Of a stretch of DNA of 64,000 nucleotides, positions 55,731 to 64,000 are shown one piece after another. Position numbers and translations under genes: made by a program. The notes below the pieces were generated by a model that was not told where the DNA came from, ran no database searches, and worked only from the letters and a program-made list of their open reading frames with translations. Source of the DNA: an uncultured Gammaproteobacteria bacterium (GTDB taxonomy: Bacteria > Pseudomonadota > Gammaproteobacteria > GCA-002705445 > GCA-002716945); NCBI GenBank assembly GCA_902628335.1, contig CACOMO010000001.1:173313-237312 (forward strand), written 5' to 3'. Positions within the stretch are counted from its first letter, which is position 1; each line of letters starts with the position of its first letter.

Positions 55731-57431
55731 ATGCCAAGTCTTGATAGAAAGTTTATTGATGATTTATTGTCAAGGATTGATATAGTCGAATTAATCAGCA
55801 ATGATGTGGAACTTAAAAAAGCTGGAACCAATTTTAAAGGCTTGTGCCCTTTTCACTCCGAAAATACTCCATCATTTAGTGTTTCACAAACTAAGCAGTT
55901 TTATCATTGCTTTGGATGCGGCGCATCAGGTGACGCTATAAAATATCTAAGGGAAGCACATGGGTTAACTTTTATTGATGCAATAGAAAAATTATCTTCT
56001 ATTGCGAACATTGAAATCCCCAAAACACTTAACAAAGAGAGTGCAGAGTTTAGTACCTTATTCAACATAAACGATCAAGTAAAAAATTATTTTAAACAAT
56101 GTCTTGAAAGAAATGATATGGCAAAACAATATCTTACTTCTAGAGGGTTAGATAAAAAAATGATCGACAAATTTGAGATTGGTTATGCGTCTGAATCTTG
56201 GGATAGCTTAAAGAATTTCCTAGAAAAAAATCAATGTATCAAAAACGGTTTAGAGCTTGGACTATTAATAAAATCTAATAACAAAATCTATGATCGTTTC
56301 AGGAATAGGATAATGTTTCCAATAAAAAATACAACTGGTAAAACAATAGCATTTGGTGGACGGACACTTGATAAAGAAGAAAAAGCTAAATATATTAATT
56401 CACCAGAATCTAAACTTTATTACAAGAGTTCTGAGATGTATGGTCTATTTGAATCAGCTAAAGAAATCAATAAATTAAATAAGGTCATAATTGTTGAGGG
56501 ATACACGGACGTAATTTCACTCCATAATAGTCATTTCCGTAATTCAGTAGCATCACTTGGGACAGCTTTCACAAAGCTTCACTTACAAAAACTTAAAAGG
56601 TATTCGAAGAATATAACATTTTGTTTTGATGGAGATGAAGCTGGTCATACAGCAGCATGGAAAGCGCTTCAAAATTGTCTAGAGGGTTATACTGATGATT
56701 TGAGAGTAGACTTTTGTTTCCTTGCTGACGGATTAGATCCTGATCAATTAGCAAGAAGTAACCCCGAAAAATTAAAGGACAGTCTTAATAATACAATGAA
56801 GTTATCGGAGTTTTTAGTTAGTAAAATTCGAGAACACTTGAATCTAGACAGCCCTGAAGATACATCTAGATTTGTGAATGAGATTATTCCTCATGTCAAA
56901 AAAATACCAAATGGTGTTTTCAAAAAATTAATGCTCGATAAGATTGAGAGAATTACAAGTCTTGACAAAAAATATTTTTATAATGAATCACATAGTAATC
57001 AAAAGAAAACTATGCAAGCTACTGATCTAGCAAAGTCTATAATTGCGCCTTCAGAAAGACTACTACTAAATATACTTTTTCACTACCCCTCTGGCATTGA
57101 TGACTACTATGAAGACATTAAGAAAATCTACAAAAATAAGTTTTTCTTAGATATGCTAGATTTAGCTAAGTCCTTCAAAACAAGCACGGGATATAATTTG
57201 AATAGATTTCTAGACGTTGACGAGAAAATGAAGGAAGAGTATTTGCGAGCGATTAGTTCGCATATAGTCGAGGATGATTATAACAAAGCAAAAAAAACTA
57301 TCAGTAGCATCATCTCACAAGAGCGAAGAAATATAAAAGAACTAGAATATCGAAATACACTCGCTAAGTACACTAATGGTGAAACGCTCTCAGATTCAGA
57401 AAAAGAGATAATCAAAAACTATAAAAAATAA
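55731..57431 (+). CDS. dnaG: DNA primase
   Basis: Zinc finger CPFHSENTPSFSVS...YHCFGCGASGD and TOPRIM EGYTDV...DGDEAG. The ATG is 1 nt after the gltB stop. Confidence 0.95.
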   Translation: MPSLDRKFIDDLLSRIDIVELISNDVELKKAGTNFKGLCPFHSENTPSFSVSQTKQFYHCFGCGASGDAIKYLREAHGLTFIDAIEKLSSIANIEIPKTLNKESAEFSTLFNINDQVKNYFKQCLERNDMAKQYLTSRGLDKKMIDKFEIGYASESWDSLKNFLEKNQCIKNGLELGLLIKSNNKIYDRFRNRIMFPIKNTTGKTIAFGGRTLDKEEKAKYINSPESKLYYKSSEMYGLFESAKEINKLNKVIIVEGYTDVISLHNSHFRNSVASLGTAFTKLHLQKLKRYSKNITFCFDGDEAGHTAAWKALQNCLEGYTDDLRVDFCFLADGLDPDQLARSNPEKLKDSLNNTMKLSEFLVSKIREHLNLDSPEDTSRFVNEIIPHVKKIPNGVFKKLMLDKIERITSLDKKYFYNESHSNQKKTMQATDLAKSIIAPSERLLLNILFHYPSGIDDYYEDIKKIYKNKFFLDMLDLAKSFKTSTGYNLNRFLDVDEKMKEEYLRAISSHIVEDDYNKAKKTISSIISQERRNIKELEYRNTLAKYTNGETLSDSEKEIIKNYKK

Positions 57432-57481
57432 ATTCGTCTTAAATATATATATTTTTTATGGTATATTTGGTCAACTACTAT

Positions 57482-58660
57482 ATGACAAAAAATTATCTAT
57501 TTACATCAGAGAGTGTCTCACCTGGCCACCCAGACAAATTATGCGACCAGTTATCTGACGCTGTCCTAGATTATGTCTTAAGTAAAGATAAAAAATCAAG
57601 AGTAGCATGTGAAGTACTAGCAAAAGGTAAAATAGATGAACCTGGATCGATTGTAGTTGCTGGTGAAATAACTACAGAAAATGAATTAGATTTTGATGAC
57701 AAATTAAGGTCAGTAATATGTGATATAGGATACAATTCAGATACTCTAGGGTTCAATGGACAAAAGTGTGAAATTAGAAAAATTATAAATAGGCAATCAC
57801 CTGATATCAAAATAGGTGTAGATAAAAATAATGAAGAAGATCAGGGTGCTGGTGATCAAGGTTTGATGTTTGGATATGCATCTGATGAAACCGATCTTCT
57901 TATGCCAGCTCCTATTTATTATTCTCATAGAATTGTAGAAAAGCAAACCGAGATTCTTAAATCTGGTACTGTTGACTGGATTAGACCTGATGCAAAAAGC
58001 CAAGTGACATTTCTTTATGAAAATGATGTTCCTATGCAAGTAGATACGATCGTACTCTCAATTCAACACTCGGAATCTATCACGTTAGATAAAATTCGAG
58101 ATTTCGCTAAAAAAGAGATTATTGATAAGGTTATACCAGCAAAGTTTATGAAAGATAACTGCAAGATACATATAAACCCAACAGGAAAATTTGTTGTTGG
58201 AGGTCCTTTAGGTGACTGTGGTTTAACGGGTAGAAAAATAATTGTAGACACTTATGGTGGAATGGCTAGGCATGGTGGTGGAGCCTTTTCTGGAAAAGAT
58301 CCATCAAAAGTAGATCGGTCAGCGGCGTATATGGCAAGATATGTTGCAAAAAATCTCGTTGCAGCTGAGTTAGCTAAAAGATGTGAAATTCAGATCTCAT
58401 ACGCTATTGGTGTTGAGAAACCAACATCAATATCAGTCAACACTTATGGGACAAGTAAGGTGAGCGACAAAAAAATATCCAGTATTATAAATGAGGTTTT
58501 TGATTTAACACCACATGGTATAATCAACTCTTTGAATCTGCTAGATGTGCAATATCAGCCTACAGCCGCTTTTGGTCACTTTGGAAGAGTAGGAGAGAAT
58601 TTCACATGGGAAGAGACTAATAAGGTTGATATAATAAAGCAATTGTCATTGAAAGGATAG
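57482..58660 (+). CDS. metK: S-adenosylmethionine synthase
   Basis: [19 protein letters not shown], and GGGAFSGKD motifs. Start trimmed to the ATG at 57482 ([10 protein letters not shown]). Confidence 0.96.
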   Translation: MTKNYLFTSESVSPGHPDKLCDQLSDAVLDYVLSKDKKSRVACEVLAKGKIDEPGSIVVAGEITTENELDFDDKLRSVICDIGYNSDTLGFNGQKCEIRKIINRQSPDIKIGVDKNNEEDQGAGDQGLMFGYASDETDLLMPAPIYYSHRIVEKQTEILKSGTVDWIRPDAKSQVTFLYENDVPMQVDTIVLSIQHSESITLDKIRDFAKKEIIDKVIPAKFMKDNCKIHINPTGKFVVGGPLGDCGLTGRKIIVDTYGGMARHGGGAFSGKDPSKVDRSAAYMARYVAKNLVAAELAKRCEIQISYAIGVEKPTSISVNTYGTSKVSDKKISSIINEVFDLTPHGIINSLNLLDVQYQPTAAFGHFGRVGENFTWEETNKVDIIKQLSLKG

Positions 58661-58666
58661 AATATT

Positions 58667-59980
58667 ATGAAAACAGATAAAGTTAAAAAAATAGGTAATG
58701 ACTTTAAAGTCGCAGATATCTCGCTTGCTGAATTTGGTAGGAAGGAAATAAAAATAGCTGAAACTGAAATGCCAGGCCTTATGGCTATAAGACAGGAATA
58801 TAAAGGCCAGAAGCCACTAGATGGCGCTAACATTATAGGATGTCTCCACATGACTATCCAAACAGCTGTACTAATTGAGACACTAGTTGATTTAGGTGCA
58901 AGCGTGAGATGGTCATCATGCAATATCTTCTCAACACAAGATCATGCTGCAGCAGCTATTGCTGACCAAGATATCCCTGTTTTCGCTTGGAAGGGTGAAA
59001 CTGAGGAGGAGTATGAATGGTGTATAGAACAAACAGTTACTGGTAACGCTAATTGGAAGCCTAATATGCTTCTAGATGATGGTGGGGACCTTACAGCTAT
59101 AATGCATAATCAATACCCGGAACTCTTGGAAAATGTTGTAGGAGTATCTGAAGAGACAACCACTGGTGTTCATCGTTTATATGAAATGGAAAAAGATAGC
59201 TCTTTAAAAATCCCTGCAATGAATGTTAATGATTCGGTTACTAAGTCTAAATTTGATAACCTATATGGATGTCGAGAGTCATTAGTAGATGGAATCAAGA
59301 GAGCAACAGACACCATGATCGCTGGAAAACTTGCTATCGTCTGTGGTTACGGAGATGTAGGCAAAGGGTCTGCTGGATCACTAAGAGGGTTGGGTGCGAA
59401 CGTTTTAATTAGTGAAGTTGATCCAATCTGTGCACTACAAGCGTCAATGGAAGGATATAAAGTAGTAGACATAAATGATCATGTGCATGAAATTGATATT
59501 TTTGTCTCAGCTACAGGCAACCTCAATGTTATAAATCATGACCATATGCAAAAAATGAAAAATGGAGCTATCGTGTGTAACATCGGTCATTTTGATAATG
59601 AAATAGATGTGGCTAGCTTAAAAAAATACGAATGGGAAAATGTTAAACCACAAGTTGATCAAATAATATTTCCAGATGGCAAAAGGATTATTTTGCTAGC
59701 TGAAGGTAGACTGATTAATTTAGGTTGCGCGACTGGTCACCCTAGCTTTGTGATGTCATGTTCGTTTACTAACCAAGTAATGGCACAGATAGAACTTTGG
59801 AAAAATCATAAATCATATAAAAATAAGGTTTATGTTCTGCCCAAACATCTTGATGAGAAAGTTGCAAGACTTCATCTGGACAAATTAGGTGTTAAATTAA
59901 CTCAGTTGACAAAAGAACAAGCTGATTATATATCTGTTAAAATCGAAGGTCCTTATAAAAAAGATGACTATAGATACTAA
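58667..59980 (+). CDS. ahcY: Adenosylhomocysteinase
   Basis: [21 protein letters not shown] and a Rossmann GYGDVGKG; 437 aa; starts 6 nt after metK. Confidence 0.96.
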   Translation: MKTDKVKKIGNDFKVADISLAEFGRKEIKIAETEMPGLMAIRQEYKGQKPLDGANIIGCLHMTIQTAVLIETLVDLGASVRWSSCNIFSTQDHAAAAIADQDIPVFAWKGETEEEYEWCIEQTVTGNANWKPNMLLDDGGDLTAIMHNQYPELLENVVGVSEETTTGVHRLYEMEKDSSLKIPAMNVNDSVTKSKFDNLYGCRESLVDGIKRATDTMIAGKLAIVCGYGDVGKGSAGSLRGLGANVLISEVDPICALQASMEGYKVVDINDHVHEIDIFVSATGNLNVINHDHMQKMKNGAIVCNIGHFDNEIDVASLKKYEWENVKPQVDQIIFPDGKRIILLAEGRLINLGCATGHPSFVMSCSFTNQVMAQIELWKNHKSYKNKVYVLPKHLDEKVARLHLDKLGVKLTQLTKEQADYISVKIEGPYKKDDYRY

Positions 59981-60002
59981 CTGTCCTCCAATAAGTTAGT
60001 TG

Positions 60003-61379
60003 ATGAAATTATCCATGAATAAGAAAGACTCTATTAGTTTAGTAAATAGAGATTTGGCATCTATTTGGCATCCGTGCACTCAGATGAAAGATCATGAACA
60101 CATTCCACTAATACCAATTAAAAAGGGCAAGGGTGTGTGGTTGTACGACTACGATAATCGGAAATACATAGATGCTATAAGTTCATGGTGGGTCAACTTG
60201 TTTGGCCACTCAAATGAATACATCAATAAAAAAATTAGTCAGCAGTTAGAGAGTTTAGAACATATTTTACTTGCTGGCTTCTCCCATGAACCTGCAATCT
60301 CGCTTGCAGAGAGATTAATTAAACTGTCTCCTAAAAAAATAAATAAATGTTTCTTTATTGATAATGGATCGTCTGCAATAGACGCATCAATGAAAATGAG
60401 TTATCACTATTGGAAGAATGTGGGATTTAAAGGTAAAAACAATTTTATAGCACTATCAAATAGCTACCATGGGGAAACACTAGGATCACTCTCTATAAGC
60501 AATATAGACTTGTATAAAAAAACTTATAATAAGATGCTAAAAAATACTATTATAGTTCCCTCTCCTGATAGTTTTAACAAGAAATCTGATGTTTCAGATA
60601 AAGAGCACAGTAAAAAAATGTTTGCATTTATGCAAAAGGAAATTGAGAGAAATCATAAGAAAATCTGTGCCGTGGTTATAGAGCCCCTCGTACAATGTGC
60701 TGGCTATATGAGGATGTATCATCCTATTTATCTTAAGCTCCTAAGGGAGGTATGTGATCGCTATAACGTACACCTTATAGCTGATGAGATAGCGGTTGGT
60801 TTTGGTAGAACTGGAAGTATGTTTGGATATGAACAAGCCAAAATAACGCCTGACATTATATGTCTATCAAAAGGTATTACCGGAGGATACATGGCACTTT
60901 CAACTATCCTCACTAAGGATAGCATCTATGACGCATTCTATGATGAATATACTAAACTTAATGCTTTTCTCCACTCACATAGTTATTCAGGTAATGCAAT
61001 TGCATGTGCTGCTGCTAATGCAACATTAGATCTATTTGAACGAACCGATGTCTTGGGCAAAAATCGCAGAAAAGCAGACTATATTTATAAGAATTTTAGT
61101 TCATTCAAAAGTCATCCTAATGTTGGTGATTTAAGACAAACTGGTATGATTACGGCGTTAGAATTAGTTAAAGACAAAAAAACAAAAAAACCGTACGACT
61201 GGAAAGAGAGAAGGGGGATAAGAGCATATAAGTATGGTCTTGAAAATAATGTCATATTGAGACCCTTAGGTAATGTAATCTATTTCATGCCTCCTTATGT
61301 AATAAATAAAAAAGAAATAGATCATGTATCTAACGTAATAGAAGGTGCCATTGAAGTTGCGACAAAACAAATTACATAG
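60003..61379 (+). CDS. bioA: Adenosylmethionine-8-amino-7-oxononanoate aminotransferase
   Basis: IWHPCTQM, DEIAVGFGRTG, and the PLP lysine in LSKGITGG. The start could be the ATG at 60003 or at 60015. Confidence 0.9.
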   Translation: MKLSMNKKDSISLVNRDLASIWHPCTQMKDHEHIPLIPIKKGKGVWLYDYDNRKYIDAISSWWVNLFGHSNEYINKKISQQLESLEHILLAGFSHEPAISLAERLIKLSPKKINKCFFIDNGSSAIDASMKMSYHYWKNVGFKGKNNFIALSNSYHGETLGSLSISNIDLYKKTYNKMLKNTIIVPSPDSFNKKSDVSDKEHSKKMFAFMQKEIERNHKKICAVVIEPLVQCAGYMRMYHPIYLKLLREVCDRYNVHLIADEIAVGFGRTGSMFGYEQAKITPDIICLSKGITGGYMALSTILTKDSIYDAFYDEYTKLNAFLHSHSYSGNAIACAAANATLDLFERTDVLGKNRRKADYIYKNFSSFKSHPNVGDLRQTGMITALELVKDKKTKKPYDWKERRGIRAYKYGLENNVILRPLGNVIYFMPPYVINKKEIDHVSNVIEGAIEVATKQIT

Positions 61380-62064
61380 AGTTTATTTTAATCAACGCTT
61401 ATCAGTAAACGATACAGTTAAACCCTCACATGAATATATAGTGAGATTAAAAAATGTTCTCAGATTAAAGGAATTATCTGAACTAATCTTGTTTAATGGT
61501 GATGGTAAGGAATATTTAGGAGTAGTAACATTCAAATCAAACAAATCTATTAAGATCAAAGAAGAATTAAGACATGAAAGTGTCAATAAGAAAAAAATTA
61601 TTCTTGCTCAATCTATTCCTAGCTATAAGTATATGGACTTTACGATTCAAAAATCTGTAGAGTTAGGTATTGATGAAATAATACCCATAGTTAGCGGAAG
61701 AAGTCATCCAGGCGATCATGAAAAAAAAATGGATCATTGGAAAAAGGTGATAATACATGCAGTGGAACAATCTGGAGGTCTCTATATTCCTAGACTATCT
61801 GAACCACTATCTTTTTATGATCTTGTTGAAATGAAAAAATATGAAAAACATGAGAAGATTTTACTTGACCCTTCTGGATCAAAATTGATTAGTACCAGTA
61901 GAAGTAACTTTCCAAAGATTGTCATCATTGGACCTGAAGGAGGTTTCTCTGATGATGAATTAGATGCAGCAAGAACATTTAGCTGGAATATTGTCAAATT
62001 AGGAGATAGGATATTAAGAACTGAGACGGCAGCAATTGTTGCTCAAGTGCTTTTAAGAGGTTGA
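61345..62064 (+). CDS. rsmE: 16S rRNA (uracil1498-N3)-methyltransferase
   Basis: HRVYF...H.....LRLK pattern and C-terminal IGPEGGFSDDEL...LGDRILRTETA. No in-frame ATG is available, so the start must be GTG 61345 or TTG 61351/61357, inside the bioA 3' end. Confidence 0.85.
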   Translation: MPLKLRQNKLHRVYFNQRLSVNDTVKPSHEYIVRLKNVLRLKELSELILFNGDGKEYLGVVTFKSNKSIKIKEELRHESVNKKKIILAQSIPSYKYMDFTIQKSVELGIDEIIPIVSGRSHPGDHEKKMDHWKKVIIHAVEQSGGLYIPRLSEPLSFYDLVEMKKYEKHEKILLDPSGSKLISTSRSNFPKIVIIGPEGGFSDDELDAARTFSWNIVKLGDRILRTETAAIVAQVLLRG

Positions 62065-62065
62065 A

Positions 62066-63322
62066 GTGAATAATATACAATCTATTGCTCAATATAGTAA
62101 GAAGTTTATAAACGAAGACCTTCACGATGTTATAATTTCAAAAAATCTAGAAATTGAAGCCTGGTTCAGAAAACAGTGGATCAAGTATCCTGCTCCATTC
62201 TATTCATCGATTGATCTAAGAAATTCTGGTTATAAAATTGCACCGGTCGATACGAATCTATTCCCCGCAGGTTTTAATAATCTTGATGAAAGTATGGAAT
62301 CTCTGTATGTTTCTGCTGTTCAACATACCCTTGAGAAACAATCAGCTGAACTAACTAAAATACTCATAGTAACTGAAAATCATACAAGAAATAAATATTA
62401 TAACAAAAGCCTTGATACGCTTAAGAGTTTCATTGAAAAGGCTGGATTTGAAGTTCAAAGTTGTATGTTAGGTGATAAATCTGATACTAGGGTTATTAAT
62501 AAGGAACTTTTTTTAAATAACCATGTCCTCTCCTATAAGGATTTTATCCCTGATATTGTTCTATTAAATAATGATTTATCTACCGGGGTACCAGACATTC
62601 TCAAAAATACAAAACAGCTTATTCTACCTGATCTGAAACTAGGTTGGACGAATAGATCAAAAACTGTCCATTTTAAATATTTCACTGATATTATTTATAA
62701 CTTCTCAAGAGTTTTTAATGTTGATCCATGGTTGTTAGAGCCGTTGTTTAGAAATTGTGGTGAGATTGATTTTAAGACTAAACAAGGAGAGGATTGTATT
62801 ATTTATCATGCAAAAAAATTGTTTGAATTAATAAAGATTAAGTATGAAAAATACGAGATAAATGAAAAACCATACATAATGATCAAGGCTGACTCGGGAA
62901 CGTACGGTATGGGAATAATGCAAGTCAATAGCATAGATGAAATAGTAAAAATTAACAGAAAACAAAGAACTAAGATGGCGAAAACTAAAGGTGGGAAGAA
63001 TCTTAAAAGTGTCATCTTACAAGAGGGTATATACTCTAATGAAAAACTTTCATCGCCAAGTGATGTTGTAGAGCCTGTTATTTATGCATTTGGTAGTAAC
63101 TTAGTAGGAGGATTCTACAGAGTCCATCAAGGTAAAGATAATTCACAAAATTTGAATTCACCAGGTATGACATTCAAACCCATACCATTTAATGATATTT
63201 GTATAAGTCCTGATCATAGCCAATCAATATATTCGGATAAAAATAAGTTCTATATTTATGGTGTGGTTGCTAGATTAGCTATATTAGCAGCTGCAAAAGA
63301 GCTTTATAACGTAGAGATATAA
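62066..63322 (+). CDS. gshA: Glutamate--cysteine ligase, short (Acidithiobacillus ferrooxidans-type) family
   Basis: 418 aa. PFYSSIDLRNSGYKIAPVDTNLFPAGFNNL resembles the non-enterobacterial GshA family found upstream of gshB. GTG start. The assignment rests on memory of the family plus gene context. Confidence 0.65.
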   Translation: MNNIQSIAQYSKKFINEDLHDVIISKNLEIEAWFRKQWIKYPAPFYSSIDLRNSGYKIAPVDTNLFPAGFNNLDESMESLYVSAVQHTLEKQSAELTKILIVTENHTRNKYYNKSLDTLKSFIEKAGFEVQSCMLGDKSDTRVINKELFLNNHVLSYKDFIPDIVLLNNDLSTGVPDILKNTKQLILPDLKLGWTNRSKTVHFKYFTDIIYNFSRVFNVDPWLLEPLFRNCGEIDFKTKQGEDCIIYHAKKLFELIKIKYEKYEINEKPYIMIKADSGTYGMGIMQVNSIDEIVKINRKQRTKMAKTKGGKNLKSVILQEGIYSNEKLSSPSDVVEPVIYAFGSNLVGGFYRVHQGKDNSQNLNSPGMTFKPIPFNDICISPDHSQSIYSDKNKFYIYGVVARLAILAAAKELYNVEI

Positions 63323-64000
63323 ATGCACAAGATAGCTGTTCTAATGGATCCTATCGAAAATATTGATCCGTCGAAAGATACGAGTATTTGTTTAATAGAG
63401 TGTATACAGAACTATGCAAAGATATTTTATATTTCTCCAAAAACAATATCTTACAAAAATAAATCTGTTGTTGCGTCAGTAGCTGAAATTTTCATAAATA
63501 AAAAAAAATCTAAGTTCTATAAGCTAACAAAATTCAAAGAGCAGAATTTGGATAAAATGGATGTAATACTATTCCGAAAAGATCCACCCGTTGATGCTGG
63601 ATATCTCAACATCGCGCATGTGCTTCAAAGATTGGAGAGTAATGGTACACTCGTAATGAATTCTCCCTCATCAATTATGATGATGAATGAAAAGATACTT
63701 GGAGATTGTTACTCTCCGACTCGCCTTCCATCTCTAATTACTAATAATTACACAAATATGAAAAAATTTATCAATAAATATAATGATGTTGTCATTAAAC
63801 CACTCAATATGATGGCTGGTAGATTGATACAAAAAATTAATTCTAAGGATAACAAATTAGAAAAGAAGTTATTACATACTCAAAATAACGACCAGGAAAA
63901 CTTCATTTTATTGCAAAAATATATCGATATTCATAAACATGGGGATATGAGGGTTATTATCTACAATGGCAAAGTGTACAGAAAAGGCTTGTTAAGATTT
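63323..64000 (+). CDS. gshB: Glutathione synthetase (N-terminal 226 aa; runs off window)
   Basis: Hand-translated: MHKIAVLMDPIENI..., DVILFRKDPPVD, NEKIL, VIKPLNMMAG, GDMRVIIYNG. These parallel E. coli GshB motifs. The frame stays open to the window end. Confidence 0.9.
   Translation, partial: MHKIAVLMDPIENIDPSKDTSICLIECIQNYAKIFYISPKTISYKNKSVVASVAEIFINKKKSKFYKLTKFKEQNLDKMDVILFRKDPPVDAGYLNIAHVLQRLESNGTLVMNSPSSIMMMNEKILGDCYSPTRLPSLITNNYTNMKKFINKYNDVVIKPLNMMAGRLIQKINSKDNKLEKKLLHTQNNDQENFILLQKYIDIHKHGDMRVIIYNGKVYRKGLLRF

Overview
The window is visibly AT-rich, very gene-dense bacterial chromosome with about 67 CDSs and very short spacers. Gene order resembles free-living Gammaproteobacteria: dsbD-aroQ-accBC, trxA-rho, fis-purH-purD, rpmBG, rsmD-coaD, rpsU and dnaG. 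A likely source is a streamlined marine sulfur-oxidising or SUP05-like lineage, but that is inference only. Most of the content is housekeeping: groESL with a sigma32-type promoter, rpoH, a complete aa3 cytochrome c oxidase plus heme A/assembly cluster, gltBD, shikimate genes, metK-ahcY, bioCH/bioA, folBK and gshAB. I saw no tRNA, rRNA, CRISPR, transposase or integrase. The accessory-looking part is 10.0-17.0 kb. It holds a sat-aprM-aprB-aprA oxidative APS-pathway operon with a trailing unknown 116-aa ORF, and head-to-head with sat sits an uncharacterised 639-aa ORF. That ORF carries an ATP-PEPCK-like active-site segment, lacks the Walker-A loop at its canonical position, and has an intact HprK-like P-loop 15 residues from its C-terminus. 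This is the best candidate for something undescribed. Other oddities: all 11 convergent gene junctions have 16 nt or less (or overlap); a lone antisense helicase-associated-domain ORF; rpsU and dnaG separated by a gltD-hemE-aroK-aroB-gltB block; a Cca without any HD motif. rpmG (51 aa) was missing from the ORF track and was added by hand. All homology calls rest on motif recognition by eye; no searches were run.
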